Notes: generated by a model not told the origin, from the sequence alone. DNA of 64,000 bases from an uncultured delta proteobacterium (GCA_963845145.1 CAWJQU010000006.1:1-64000); one strand, 5' to 3'. Shown: positions 29,095-40,193, counted from the stretch's first letter. Made by a program: numbers and translations.

Positions 29095-29706
29095 ATGGAG
29101 ATATTTAAAATGACTAAAAAGAATATAAAGAATACGGATAAAAGAAATAACATGTCAGCAAAAAGAGCCGCTAAAAAAGCCGCTGTTCTCGATAGTCGAA
29201 ACAAGCGCTGGTCGGCGACGACGATCACTCTTTTCCTTTGCGGCGTCTTGCTAATCGGCGGCGCCACCTTCTTTGTGGGGCCATGGGGAAAATCTCAATC
29301 CCCGGTAACCCCGCTATCTGCATCATCCGGCCAAATGGACGTCTCCACGGTCACCTATCCGTTGGCGCAATTTAACGATGGTAAGGCCCAGCATTTTCAT
29401 TACAAAGCTGACGGCATTGAGGTTCGCTATTTTATTCTAAAAAGTTCCGACGGGGTTTTGCGGGCCGCCTTTGACGCCTGCGATGTCTGTTGGCCGGCGG
29501 GAAAGGGATACTATCAGGAGGGGGATGACATGGTCTGTCGTAATTGTGGCCGGCGGTTCGCTTCGGTGCGAATAAATGAAGTTAAAGGAGGGTGCAACCC
29601 GGCGCCGCTTAACAGAAGCGTCAAGGGGGAACATCTGGTTCTGGCCGTGGATGATATCCTGGAAGGTAAACAATACTTTGATTTTTCCAAGAGGTCTTCA
29701 TCATGA
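29095..29706 (+). CDS. DUF2318-type membrane-anchored Fe-S protein
   Basis: TM segment then AAFDACDVC...GYYQEG...VCRNCG...GGCNPAPL. Confidence 0.88.
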   Translation: MEIFKMTKKNIKNTDKRNNMSAKRAAKKAAVLDSRNKRWSATTITLFLCGVLLIGGATFFVGPWGKSQSPVTPLSASSGQMDVSTVTYPLAQFNDGKAQHFHYKADGIEVRYFILKSSDGVLRAAFDACDVCWPAGKGYYQEGDDMVCRNCGRRFASVRINEVKGGCNPAPLNRSVKGEHLVLAVDDILEGKQYFDFSKRSSS

Positions 29707-30881
29707 CGCTGACCGGCATTGCTTGCAAAAACCTGCTACGCCGCAAAGCCAAGGCCGCTTTCATTTTGGCCGGCCTGGTCATCGGTATCGCAACGGTTGT
29801 GGCGGTGATCACCTATGTGGAAACCATGGCTGCCGATATTAACCATAAATTGGAAAAATATGGGGCCAATATCCTCATTACGCCGAAAACCGACCGGTTG
29901 ACCTTGTCCTACGGTGGTTTATCCCTGGGGGCGGTGGCCTTTGAAATGCAAGAGCTCGATCAGAAGGATCTGGCCAACCTGGACACCATTAAAAATGCAC
30001 GCAACATCGCCGCCGTGGGCCCTCAGGTATTGGGGTCCATCAAGATCAAAGAACAGCCGGTCTTATTGGCCGGTATTGATTTTGAAACCATCAAGATATT
30101 GAAACCATGGTGGAAGTTTAAAGAAGAACAAAAGGACATCAATGGTAAATCACGTTCTATGGATGGCCTCGTTTTGGGCGATACGGCCGCCAAGATTCTT
30201 GGCTTGAAGATCGGGGATTCTCTGACGATTAATGGGTGGGTGGTGGCGGTAACCGGTCGCCTGCGCCCCATGGGGTCGCAAGATGACCAATTGGTTTTCA
30301 CGCGGTTGGATTTGGCCCAGGAGATGGTCAACAAGCCCGGCCAGGTTTCGCTGGTTGAAGTGGCCGCCCTTTGTGAAGCCTGCCCCATTGACGAAATGGT
30401 CAGTCAGATTTCCAATGCCCTTCCCGGCGCCAAAGTGATGGCGATTCAACAGGTTGTTAAGGGTCGGATGGAAACGTTGGCCCAGTTCAAATCCTTCTCC
30501 TATGGTATCAGTGCCGTGGTTGTTTTAATCGGCAGCCTGGTCGTGCTGATTACAATGATGGGCAGTGTTCGCGAACGTACCGAAGAGATCGGAATTTTCC
30601 GGGCGGTCGGTTTCAAGCGGCGGCACATCATGCGCATTGTTTTTACCGAAGCCGCCCTGATTTCCATTCTGGCCGGCATCGTGGGGTATTTGATCGGATA
30701 TGGTGGACTTCGGTTGGGATTTTTATTCTTCGGCCCCGCTCGAAAGATAGCCATTCCCATGCATCCGGATCTAGCGGCCGGTGCGTTGATTCTGGCGGTG
30801 CTGGTAGGGCTGATTTCCAGTGCCTATCCGGCGGTCATGGCCTCCCGGATGGACCCGTCACAGGCGTTGCGAACTTTATAG
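29703..30881 (+). CDS. MacB/FtsX-type ABC permease
   Basis: KNLLRRK, SVRERTEEIGIFRAVG, DPSQALR; periplasmic CEAC motif. Confidence 0.92.
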   Translation: MTLTGIACKNLLRRKAKAAFILAGLVIGIATVVAVITYVETMAADINHKLEKYGANILITPKTDRLTLSYGGLSLGAVAFEMQELDQKDLANLDTIKNARNIAAVGPQVLGSIKIKEQPVLLAGIDFETIKILKPWWKFKEEQKDINGKSRSMDGLVLGDTAAKILGLKIGDSLTINGWVVAVTGRLRPMGSQDDQLVFTRLDLAQEMVNKPGQVSLVEVAALCEACPIDEMVSQISNALPGAKVMAIQQVVKGRMETLAQFKSFSYGISAVVVLIGSLVVLITMMGSVRERTEEIGIFRAVGFKRRHIMRIVFTEAALISILAGIVGYLIGYGGLRLGFLFFGPARKIAIPMHPDLAAGALILAVLVGLISSAYPAVMASRMDPSQALRTL

Positions 30882-30890
30882 GAGGTACCG

Positions 30891-31559
30891 ATGAGTTTGA
30901 TTACAGGTAAACACCTGATCAAAACCTATGGTCATGATGGCGCGGCGGTTGCAGCCGTCTCAGATGTCAGTTTTTCCATCGAATCCGGTGAATTCGTCGC
31001 GCTTATGGGTGAATCCGGTGCGGGTAAATCGACCCTTTTAACCATTATGGGGGCGATGAACGCACCCTCCTCGGGGGAGTATCTCGTGGATGATATCCCT
31101 GTTTACGATCTGAATCCGGAACAACGGGCCGATTTTAGACGGGAGTATCTGGGATTCGTTTTTCAAAGTTTCCACCTGATCCCTTACCTCAACGTGGTTG
31201 AAAATGTCATGTTGCCCATTACGGTAACCGCTACCGGCCGTCATGATAAACGGGAAATGGCCTTGGAGGCCTTGGATCGGGTGGGTCTCGAAGGTAAAGC
31301 CAAGCGTCTTCCCGGTCAAATTTCAGGGGGTGAAAAGGAACGGGTAGCCATTGCCCGCGCCATCGTAAATGAGCCGCCGTTTTTATTGGCCGATGAACCC
31401 ACCGGCAATCTGGATTCAAAAACGACATCAGAGGTGATGGGCTTGCTTCAGGCGTTGAACGAAGAGGGGGCGACCATCGTCATGGTGACCCATAGCCGGC
31501 AATGTGCCGAATATGCCACCCGGTTGTTAACGTTATCGGATGGTTGTTTGCTTAATTGA
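30891..31559 (+). CDS. ABC ATP-binding protein (LolD-like)
   Basis: GESGAGKST, ISGGEKERV, LADEPTGNLD, MVTH. Confidence 0.95.
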   Translation: MSLITGKHLIKTYGHDGAAVAAVSDVSFSIESGEFVALMGESGAGKSTLLTIMGAMNAPSSGEYLVDDIPVYDLNPEQRADFRREYLGFVFQSFHLIPYLNVVENVMLPITVTATGRHDKREMALEALDRVGLEGKAKRLPGQISGGEKERVAIARAIVNEPPFLLADEPTGNLDSKTTSEVMGLLQALNEEGATIVMVTHSRQCAEYATRLLTLSDGCLLN

Positions 31560-31582
31560 AAAAAACCGCTGTTGTCACTTGT

Positions 31583-31858
31583 TCAACAGCAGGTAGCCGT
31601 CTCCTTTTCTTTGAACCAGGTCTGGATGATATAGCTGGCACACCCCACGCCGGGTTTGACCATAATTGCATCCACCGGACAATTGTTGGCGCAGGCACCG
31701 CACTCCATGCATCCATCTTTATCAATGATGCTTGCTTTGCGGTCTTCAACGGCAAACACATTGTGCGGACAAACGGCGGTGCACTGTTTACAGCCAATAC
31801 AACGATCAACGTTTAATTGAAGGGTAGATACATTGGGTAGATAACGTAACGCTTGCAT
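31583..31858 (-). CDS. hgcB: Mercury methylation ferredoxin HgcB
   Basis: Two CxxCxxCxxxCP motifs including CMECGACANNCP, GVGCA, C-terminal CC; directly downstream of hgcA. Confidence 0.96.
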   Translation of the reverse strand: MQALRYLPNVSTLQLNVDRCIGCKQCTAVCPHNVFAVEDRKASIIDKDGCMECGACANNCPVDAIMVKPGVGCASYIIQTWFKEKETATCC

Positions 31859-31916
31859 ATGAGACCTTTTTTTCGAATCTTTTGATTTAACCTATTAGGT
31901 TTAAGTATATTTAGGA

Positions 31917-33206
31917 TTAAGTAAACGGTGTTGCGACCCAGGCGATGGCTGCTACCAAAACGGCGGCGGCCTGCAGGGGGATTGCTATGCGCATCTCCTT
32001 TTCAACGCCGGTGGGCGAGGTAAACGGTGTTGAGCCGGTAAAATTCATGGCCAGATAGGAGCTGATCGCCGTGGTAAAAAGCATCAGTGCAGCGGCTTCC
32101 AATCCGGACCAGGAACCCAACATTGCGACCAATAGGAGTAGGGCGGCCACCGCTCCGGCAATGGCCCCTTTAATAGCAAAAGCCCTGCCGGGTAGCCACG
32201 GCAACAGGGCCGGTGCGGCCACCGCCCCGGCCATCACACCAGTTAGAAAAGCACCGAGGGCCATCAATCCCCGGGACCACGACATGGAAAACGAAAAGAT
32301 ACTCGAGCCGATACCGGACAATATAAAAATTCCCAAAAGAACCCACAGGGTCGGTTTGGGCAACTGGGAAAGCTCAACCGGAATGAGTACCACCCGTTCG
32401 GGTAGTGTAAAAGTCACCTGGCGCACTTCTTTGGTCGCCTCATGGCCGTTTTTAAGAAAAGGCAGCAGGTCCCGGGCTTGAACCGGCCCCCAGATAACCT
32501 TGAAGCCGGAGGCTTTCTTGACTTTGATAGCCGATACACCCGTGGCGCCCAGCTGCGGAACAATCAACTCCCGGTGGCTGACGACCTTGGACAGTTGGGT
32601 GGCTGCGATACGAGAGACGAGTTCATCCGTGGCGAAAGTACCCTTCCCGGCAGCGCACCAGACATTAATTCCGTGCGTATCCAACACCAAAACCCAGGCC
32701 GTGATGCCCGCCAGTGATTTTCGGAGTGCATCAAAGGACAATTTATAGTTGGCCGTCACGAGCACCGGATCGTCGGTTTCGGGTCTTCCCACCGCATATA
32801 ATCCAGGGGCGACTTTATAGTCATCACGCCGAAATCCCACACGCGCCATGATTGTTCCTAAATGATCCTGCCAGCAAGCATGGGTCCGAACGTTGGGCAC
32901 TGGTCCGACGGGTGTATCGTGAAAGTCCTCGACAAAATGCCGGACAAGGTAGCCCGGCCGTTCAAAGGGGCTGCTGGCCGGATAAGAGGGTCTTCCGCAA
33001 CAGGCGATTTCCGTATCTTTACAGCCTATATCCGTGCAACAAGTATCCTCATCATGGGCTGGTAGGGCCGGAATCGTCTGCACCGTTTGATCGGCGCAGC
33101 ATTCATTGGATTGGGCGCCGCTTATACGGGCCGAATTCTTTTCAGGTCCTGATTCAGATTTAGGTCCAGATTCAAATCGGGGGTTGGTTGTAAGCTTCGG
33201 TTTCAA
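31917..33206 (-). CDS. hgcA: Mercury methylation corrinoid protein HgcA with Cys-rich N-terminal extension
   Basis: Cap-helix motif GINVWCAAGKG, VTANYKLSFD, C-terminal TM helices, NFTGSTPFTS; TTG start with GAGGT RBS. Confidence 0.97.
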   Translation of the reverse strand: MKPKLTTNPRFESGPKSESGPEKNSARISGAQSNECCADQTVQTIPALPAHDEDTCCTDIGCKDTEIACCGRPSYPASSPFERPGYLVRHFVEDFHDTPVGPVPNVRTHACWQDHLGTIMARVGFRRDDYKVAPGLYAVGRPETDDPVLVTANYKLSFDALRKSLAGITAWVLVLDTHGINVWCAAGKGTFATDELVSRIAATQLSKVVSHRELIVPQLGATGVSAIKVKKASGFKVIWGPVQARDLLPFLKNGHEATKEVRQVTFTLPERVVLIPVELSQLPKPTLWVLLGIFILSGIGSSIFSFSMSWSRGLMALGAFLTGVMAGAVAAPALLPWLPGRAFAIKGAIAGAVAALLLLVAMLGSWSGLEAAALMLFTTAISSYLAMNFTGSTPFTSPTGVEKEMRIAIPLQAAAVLVAAIAWVATPFT

Positions 33207-33214
33207 TAGTTACC

Positions 33215-33523
33215 TCATAAAGTATGAACCATTTTTTTATACCAGGAGATCACCTCCCGATTCAGACAATAGCAAGTGCGTGGCCCTTCAACTTCCCCTT
33301 GAACCAGCCCGGCTTCCTTTAATATTTTCAGGTGCTGGCTGACCGTGGATTGGGACAACGGTAAAATATCAACAATTTCCTGGCACACACAGCGATTGAT
33401 TTTTTTCAAATACAAAACGATTTCAATACGGGTGGCGTGGCCTAGCGCCTTGCAGATATGCGAAAACCTTTCGGCGTCAAGGCGATGTCTTGAATCCATA
33501 TCTTTTTTCAAGTTCGGGGGCAT
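33215..33523 (-). CDS. ArsR family regulator co-oriented with hgcAB
   Basis: CKALGHATR, RCVCQEI, SQSTVSQHLKILKEAGLV, RTCYC. Confidence 0.93.
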   Translation of the reverse strand: MPPNLKKDMDSRHRLDAERFSHICKALGHATRIEIVLYLKKINRCVCQEIVDILPLSQSTVSQHLKILKEAGLVQGEVEGPRTCYCLNREVISWYKKMVHTL

Positions 33524-33542
33524 GGGCTACCTGTATTTGATA

Positions 33543-33585
33543 TTAATCGTTCATCGACGATAAGCGATTAAGGCGGCACTGTCAA
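33543..33585 (-). promoter_or_regulatory. Sigma70 promoter overlapped by a palindromic operator (arsR-hgcAB)
   Basis: Minus-strand TTGACA (33585-33580), 17 nt spacer, TATCGT (33562-33557); palindrome ttaatcgttcatcg-a-cgataagcgattaa (33543-33571). Confidence 0.7.
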
Positions 33586-33776
33586 GATTTTTTCGATCCA
33601 GGCGTATAGGGAGTTCGTGGGAATGACCTTTACAAACCGAATCATTTTTGTTAAAACAGCCCCATGTTTTCAATACCACGATGTGGTAATAGCATTCAGC
33701 GCCAGGCAGCAGGTGCCTAAACCCACGTCTTCACCGATTAGCATGACATTGTTTTTTCTGTTTTTATAACAGATAC

Positions 33777-33827
33777 AATAAGATAGTGGATAGAATAAGA
33801 TACCGGACATAATAAGATACTGGATAC
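33777..33827. repeat. 17-bp tandem repeat x3 immediately before the MOSC start codon
   Basis: aataagatagtggatag / aataagataccggacat / aataagatactggatac. Confidence 0.85.
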
Positions 33828-33830
33828 AAC

Positions 33831-34298
33831 ATGAAAATCGAATCCATTGCCATCAGTAAGAAAAAAGGAACCCAAAAAGTAACCATTGAACAAGTCGAGG
33901 TCTTGGAAAACCACGGTATCGTGGGGGATGCCCATGCCGGGGACTGGCATCGTCAAGTCAGTTTCCTATCCACGGAAAGCATCGAAAATGAAAAAGCACG
34001 GGGCGTGGACGTCACCTTTGGCAGCTATGCGGAGAATATCGCCACATCTGGAATCGATTGGCCAGGCGTGCCCGTTGGTACCCGATTGACTTTGGGTGAA
34101 ACCGTCACCGTGGAAATTACCCAGATCGGCAAGGAGTGTCATCATAAATGCGCCATCTATTACCAGGCGGGCGATTGTATCATGCCCAAAGAAGGGGTTT
34201 TCGGCCGCGTGCTCAGCGGTGGGACGATCCGTATTGGCGATACGATTCACTTTCTTTCTTCGAAAAAGGAAGCCGATAGAGACGGAGAAGCACATTAA
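33831..34298 (+). CDS. MOSC domain protein
   Basis: ISKKKGTQK, GDAHAG, RQVSFL, TQIGKECH, CIMPKEGVF. Confidence 0.93.
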   Translation: MKIESIAISKKKGTQKVTIEQVEVLENHGIVGDAHAGDWHRQVSFLSTESIENEKARGVDVTFGSYAENIATSGIDWPGVPVGTRLTLGETVTVEITQIGKECHHKCAIYYQAGDCIMPKEGVFGRVLSGGTIRIGDTIHFLSSKKEADRDGEAH

Positions 34299-34893
34299 AC
34301 CCGAAGCTACTGATAAAAGACGCCGTTTAATCGGAGACCGGGGCGATCACTTTTTAAGCCGTATTCAGGGCGAAACCGGCGAAAATCTCTCCGCCTGCTA
34401 CCAATGCGAACGGTGTACCAACGGCTGCCCGGTTAGCCACTACATGGACATCAAGCCCCACCAGGTGATCCGATACGTGCAACTCGGTTGGCGTGAAGAA
34501 TTGTTTCGCTCCAGTACGATCTGGATATGCCTTTCCTGCGAAACCTGCACCACTTATTGCCCCAATGAAGTCGGCGTGGCGGAAACCATCAACCATTTGC
34601 GTACCATGGCAGCCCACTCAACAGTTGAACCCAAAGAAAAGAATCTGGCGACTTTTCATCGCACTTTTATGGAGCAGTTGGAACGGTTCGGCCGGGTGAA
34701 TGAATTTTGGTTGATGAATGCCTATACGCTGAAACCGGGCGTACTGATGGAAAAAATCAAATCAGGGTTGATGAAAGAAGAGTTTTTCCTGGGTCTGGAC
34801 CTTCTCAAAAAAGGGCGACTGCAGGTACTTCCCAAGCGTTCCAGAGAAATTGCCAAGATCAGGGCGCTCTATCGAAATAAAAAGGGGCGATAA
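34276..34893 (+). CDS. hdrC: Heterodisulfide reductase subunit C-like protein (start uncertain)
   Basis: CYQCERCTNGCP and WICLSCETCTTYCP. Confidence 0.88.
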   Translation: METEKHIKPEATDKRRRLIGDRGDHFLSRIQGETGENLSACYQCERCTNGCPVSHYMDIKPHQVIRYVQLGWREELFRSSTIWICLSCETCTTYCPNEVGVAETINHLRTMAAHSTVEPKEKNLATFHRTFMEQLERFGRVNEFWLMNAYTLKPGVLMEKIKSGLMKEEFFLGLDLLKKGRLQVLPKRSREIAKIRALYRNKKGR

Positions 34894-34897
34894 TCCG

Positions 34898-35737
34898 ATG
34901 AAGCTCTCCTTTTATCCGGGCTGTTCGCTGGAAGGGATGGCCAACGACTATGGCCAATCCATCGAGGCGGTATTCAAGCGCCTGGAGATCGAATTGATCG
35001 AATTGGATGACTGGTCGTGCTGCGGGTCCACCGCCGCTCACAGTCTGGATGAAATGATGTCCGTGGCCCTGCCGGCCAGGAATCTTGCGGCTGCCGAAAA
35101 AATCGGACTGGATCTCGTTTCGCCCTGCGCCCAGTGCTTCAACCGGCTGCGCCATTCTCAACAGATGATAAAGAAAAAACTTTTCGATGTCCCCTGGGAG
35201 GTGAAAGGAGATATCGAAGTGTACGACATGACCCGCTTTCTGGCGACACCGGATATGCTCAAGGCGGTCAAAAAGACGGGTGACCCGGCCACTAAAGGAC
35301 TGAATGTGGTCTGTTACTATGGCTGCCAAATGGTGCGATCCCCACGAATTAGCGGTTATACGGATTATGAGAACCCGCAAACCCTGGACCAACTGGTTTC
35401 CGCCATCGGCGCCAATCCCATAGACTGGTCCTATAAAGCCACCTGCTGTGGTGCCGGTATCGGTATTGCCCGCAAAGATATTCAGGGATCGTTGACGCGC
35501 CGAATCTACCGGGAAGCGGTCCGCTCGGGGGCCGACGCCGTTGCGGTTTCATGCCCATTGTGCCAGATGAACCTGGATGTCATTCAGCGTAACTCAAAGG
35601 AGAAAATAGTTCCCGTATTTTATTTCACGGAATTGATGCGTATGGCCTTTGAAGGGTACGGATCACAGAACTGGTTTAAAATGCATATTGCCGACCCCAC
35701 GGCACTGCTAAGAAAAAAGGGGCTGCTCAATGGGTAG
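34898..35737 (+). CDS. hdrB: Heterodisulfide reductase subunit B-like protein (CCG domains)
   Basis: [33 protein letters not shown]. Confidence 0.93.
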   Translation: MKLSFYPGCSLEGMANDYGQSIEAVFKRLEIELIELDDWSCCGSTAAHSLDEMMSVALPARNLAAAEKIGLDLVSPCAQCFNRLRHSQQMIKKKLFDVPWEVKGDIEVYDMTRFLATPDMLKAVKKTGDPATKGLNVVCYYGCQMVRSPRISGYTDYENPQTLDQLVSAIGANPIDWSYKATCCGAGIGIARKDIQGSLTRRIYREAVRSGADAVAVSCPLCQMNLDVIQRNSKEKIVPVFYFTELMRMAFEGYGSQNWFKMHIADPTALLRKKGLLNG

Positions 35738-38700
35738 CGGGCTCAGCGGCAAAGTAATCGTGATCGGGGGCGGCATCGGCGGGATTCAATGTGCCCTGGA
35801 TTTGGCCGATACGGGATATTACGTTTATCTCCTGGATAAATCGCCCACCCTGGGCGGTACCATGGCCCGGCTCGACAAAACCTTCCCTACCAATGACTGC
35901 TCCACATGCATGTTTTCGCCTAAATTGGTCCAGGCGGCCGGGCACGCCAATATCGAAATTTTAACCAATACCCAATTCAACACCTAGACGGAGAACCGGG
36001 TCATTTTACTGCCCGAATTAAAACAAATCCCCGCTATATCGATGCTGAAAAATGTATTTCCTGCGGCCAATGCGCTGAAAAATGCCCCAAGAAAGTGCCG
36101 GATGCCTTTAATGGGGGCCTTTCCAACCGAAAAGCCGCTTTTTTAACCTTTCCCCAGGCGGTGCCGCTCAAATATGCCATTGATCGCGACCATTGTATCT
36201 ATTTGAACCGGAAAAAATGCGGGATATGTAAAAAAATCTGCCCTACCAAAGCGGTAGATTATGAACAGCAGCCTGAAATCACGGATCTGACCGCCGGCGC
36301 CGTGGTGATTTCCACCGGTTTTGAACTGGCGCTAACGGCCAAGCAGGGGGAATTCGGTTTCGGCCGATATGAAAATGTGGTCTCTTCCCTCCAATACGAG
36401 CGGATGCTGTCGGCCACCGGTCCTTTTGACGGGCATGTCAAGCGACCTTCAGATCATAAAGTGCCTGGGAGTGTCGCCTGGATTCAGTGTGTCCTCTCCC
36501 GGGATGCCGCTCGGAATCGACCTTTTTGCTCGTCCGTCTGTTGCATGCATGCGGCCAAACAGGCGGTTATGACCAAGGATCACGAGCCCGACACCCGAGG
36601 CCACCATCTACTTTATGGATGTGCGTGCCCATGGCAAGGGGTTTGACAGTTATATCGATCGCGCCCGTTATCAGCATGGGGTGGAATACCAGCGATCCAT
36701 GATTTCCCAGGTTTATTTGAACCCGGAAAACGATAATTTAATCATTGAGACTTTTGATCACGAGCTGGGCCGTAAAAAACAGGTGGAATACGATTTGGTC
36801 GTCCTCTCATCCGGTTTTAAACCCACGGATGGATTTAATGAACTAGCCCGGCAATTGGGGCTTGTGTCCAACCCCTATGGGTTTCTCACCACGGAATTCG
36901 ATTCACCGGTGGCCACCAACCGGCCGGGGGTTTTTCTCTGTGGCGGGGTGGAGGCCCCCAAAGATATCCCCGAAACCGTCATTCAGGCCGGTGCGGCTGC
37001 GGCCGAAGCGTCGGTATTGATCGCATCAGCCAGGAATTCGGAAGTCATTCTGGAAGAACTGCCGCCGGAACAACCTATCGATGATACGCCCCGGGTAGGG
37101 GTTTTTATCTGCCATTGTGGTACCAATATCGCCGGAGTGGTGGATATCTCCCAGGTCGTGGCCGAAGCCAAAATCTTGCCCCATGTGGTCCACGCCGACG
37201 ATTTCATGTTTAGCTGTTCCACGGAAACCCAGCAAAAACTGGTCACAATCATTCAGGAAGAGCGTCTCAATCGTGTGGTGGTGGCTGCTTGCTCCCCCAA
37301 AACCCATGAACCGTTGTTCCAGGATAGCTTACGCCAAGCGGGATTGAATCCGTACCTCTTCGAGTTGGCCAGTATTCGTGAACAATCCTCGTGGATTCAT
37401 AAAAACAATCCGGAGATGGCCACACGTAAGGCCAAGGAGATGGTCCGAGCTGGGGTGGCCCGGGCGGTTCAACTGGCGCCCTTGAACGAACAATCCTACG
37501 ATGTCGTCAATGAGGGGGTGGTAATTGGTGGCGGGGTGGCCGGGATGAGTGCGGCCCTCAATATGGCCGATCAGGGCTTTAAGGTGCATTTGGTGGAACA
37601 AGATAAAGCACTGGGCGGTTTTGCGCGCAATCTCTCTTTTACCCTCGAAGGCAACTCTCCTTCCCGATTGGCTCGACATTTGAGTGAACGCGTGCATGGG
37701 CATGGCGACATTAAGGTCCATTTAGAGAGCCGGGTGGTCGCCCATGGCGGACAGGTGGGCGCCTTTGAGGGAAAGATTGCCAATGGGGCTAAAGAGACTA
37801 CAATCCGCTACGGGGCCATGGTGGTGGCTACCGGAGGCCAACCTTATGAGCCCAACGAGTATCTTTACGGTGATGATGATCGTGTGGCTACCCAGGTGGA
37901 TTTTGCCAAAAAGATGATGGCCGATCCGGCCTGGGCAGAAAAAGTCCAGCGAGTGGTGATGATTCAATGTGTGGGCTCTCGAAACGATGATTTTCCCTTT
38001 TGCAGCCGGGTATGTTGTTCAGCGGCCGTTAAAAACAGTATCAAGTTAAAAGAGATCAACCCCAAGGTTCAAATTGTTATTTTATACCGGGATATGCGAA
38101 CTTTTGGGTTCAAGGAACTTTACTATGCAAAAGCCCGCAAAAAGGGCATTCTCTTTTTCCGCTATATTCCGGAAGACAAACCTGTAATTTTAAGTGACAA
38201 TGGACAACTGCACGTTGATTTTACGGACCGGAGTACCCATCAGGATTTCCGGATAAATCCGGATTTGGTTGTTTTTAGTACCGGGATTCGACCAGCCGAT
38301 GGTGCCGACCAAATCGCAGGTATTCTCAAGCTGCCCCGGACGGAAGAGGGCTTTTTTCTCGAGGCCCACGTCAAATTGCGACCGGTTGATTTCAACTCCC
38401 CCGGTATCTTTTTGGCGGGCCTGGCACACAGTCCCCGATTTGTCGAAGAGACCATCACCATGGCCAAGGGAGCGGCTCAACAGGCCATAAAGGTATTGGC
38501 CAAAGAGAAGCTGACCACTTCGGCGGAAGTCGCCTGGGTCGACTCGGACAAATGTACGGCCTGTCTGGTATGTGTGCGGGAATGTCCCTTTAACGCTCCC
38601 TTTATCAATGCCGACGGGGTTTCCGAAATTCCACCCGCCGCCTGTCGGGGATGCGGCATCTGTGCGGCTGAATGCCCGGCCCGGGCTATAGAACTTAAGC

Positions 38701-38762
38701 ATAATACCGATGATCAGATCGCCGCAAAAATAGATGCTTTGCTGGCCATGGGGGAGGGTTGA
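35730..38762 (+). CDS. hdrA: Heterodisulfide reductase subunit A-like flavoprotein; frameshifts at about 35975 and 36593
   Basis: [31 protein letters not shown], second GGGVAG, CSRVCC, C-terminal 2x[4Fe-4S]; spread over three frames. Confidence 0.9.
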
Positions 38763-38786
38763 CAATTGACGATTGACGATTGACGA
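38759..38786. repeat. Heptamer tandem repeat (ttgacga)n starting at the hdrA stop
   Basis: ttgacaa ttgacga ttgacga ttgacga. Confidence 0.9.
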
Positions 38787-38904
38787 TTTAAGGTGCTTTT
38801 TTTGAGAAAAATGATTGATTATAGCAATTTAGAAATTCATCTATCAGCAATTGTTAGTTTTAATTGAATGAATAAACAAAAAACAAAAATAGGGGTGCTA
38901 TTTA

Positions 38905-40192
38905 ATGAACAATAAACAAAAATTCGAAACCCTTTGCATTCACGCGGGGCAAGTACCGGATGCAGAGACACTCTCCCGCGGGGCACCGGTTTACCGAACG
39001 TCATCTTATGTTTTCAAGGATACGGCCCATGCCGCCAACCTGTTCGCTTTAAAAGAGCTGGGAAATATCTATACTCGCCTGATGAACCCCACCCAGGACG
39101 CGTTGGAACAGCGAATGGCGGCGGTAGAAGGTGGTGCGGCCGCTCTGGCGCTTTCTTCGGGCACATCGGCGATTTTTTACGCCATCACCAATATCTGCAG
39201 CCAAGGCGACGAAATCGTTTCCGCCGCCAATCTTTACGGCGGAACCTATACGATGTTCGACTGTATTTTACCCCAGTTCGGGATTCATACCCGATTTGTG
39301 GACCCACGCGAGCCTGAGAATTTCGATGCGGCCGTGACGGATAAGACACGGGCTATTTTTATCGAGACCATTGGTAATCCAGTATTGGAATTTACCGATA
39401 TCGAAGCGGTTGCCGCCATTGCCCGCAAACACCATTTACCCTTGATTGTTGATGCCACTTTTACGACCCCTTACCTGCTGAAAACCATTGAACACGGGGC
39501 CGATATCGTGGTGAATTCAGTCACCAAATGGATCGGTGGGCATGGCACTGGTATTGGGGGCGTTGTCATCGATGCGGGCACCTTTGACTGGACCGACCCG
39601 AAATTCAAATTGTTCAATGAGCCGGATCCGAGCTATCATGACATCCGCTATGCCCATGATTTGGGAGACCTTAATCCTGTAGCGTATATCATGCGAATGC
39701 GGCTGGTGCCTTTACGGAATTTGGGCGCCTGTATTTCACCGGATAACGCCTGGATGTTTCTGCAGGGCCTTGAGACCCTTCCTCTGAGAATGGCTCGTCA
39801 CTGCGAAAACGCTATGGCTGTGGCTGAGTTCTTAAACAATCATCCTCATGTGGCCTGGGTCCGATATCCCGGTCTCGTGGACGACCCAACCCATTCGGTG
39901 GCCAAAAGATACTTACCCAATGGTTATGGCGGTATGGTGGTGTTCGGTATTAAAGGGAGGGATGGAAGCGGCCACAAAATTTATCGAAGCCTTGAACCTT
40001 TTCTCTCATTTGGCTAACGTGGGTGATGCCAAGAGTTTGGCACTGCATCCGTCCAGTACTTCTCATTCACAATTAAACGAGGAGCAGCAGAAGGCCGGCG
40101 GGCTGACGCCGGACCTGATTCGGCTCTCCATCGGGATTGAACATATCGATGATATTATCCTCGATCTGGATCAAGCCCTTGCGATAGAGTGA
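38905..40192 (+). CDS. metY: O-acetylhomoserine aminocarboxypropyltransferase; frameshift at about 39957
   Basis: [22 protein letters not shown] (PLP lysine); [11 protein letters not shown] and IRLSIGIEH in the second frame. Confidence 0.93.
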
Positions 40193-40193
40193 G

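Noticed and set aside
33640..33760. Moco/Wco or SAM riboswitch upstream of MOSC
   Set aside because: I could not match consensus elements by eye; an Rfam scan would be needed.
35730..38762. Selenocysteine or stop read-through in hdrA
   Set aside because: The breaks need frame changes (TAG at 35985; an extra C near 36593), not in-frame TGA read-through.
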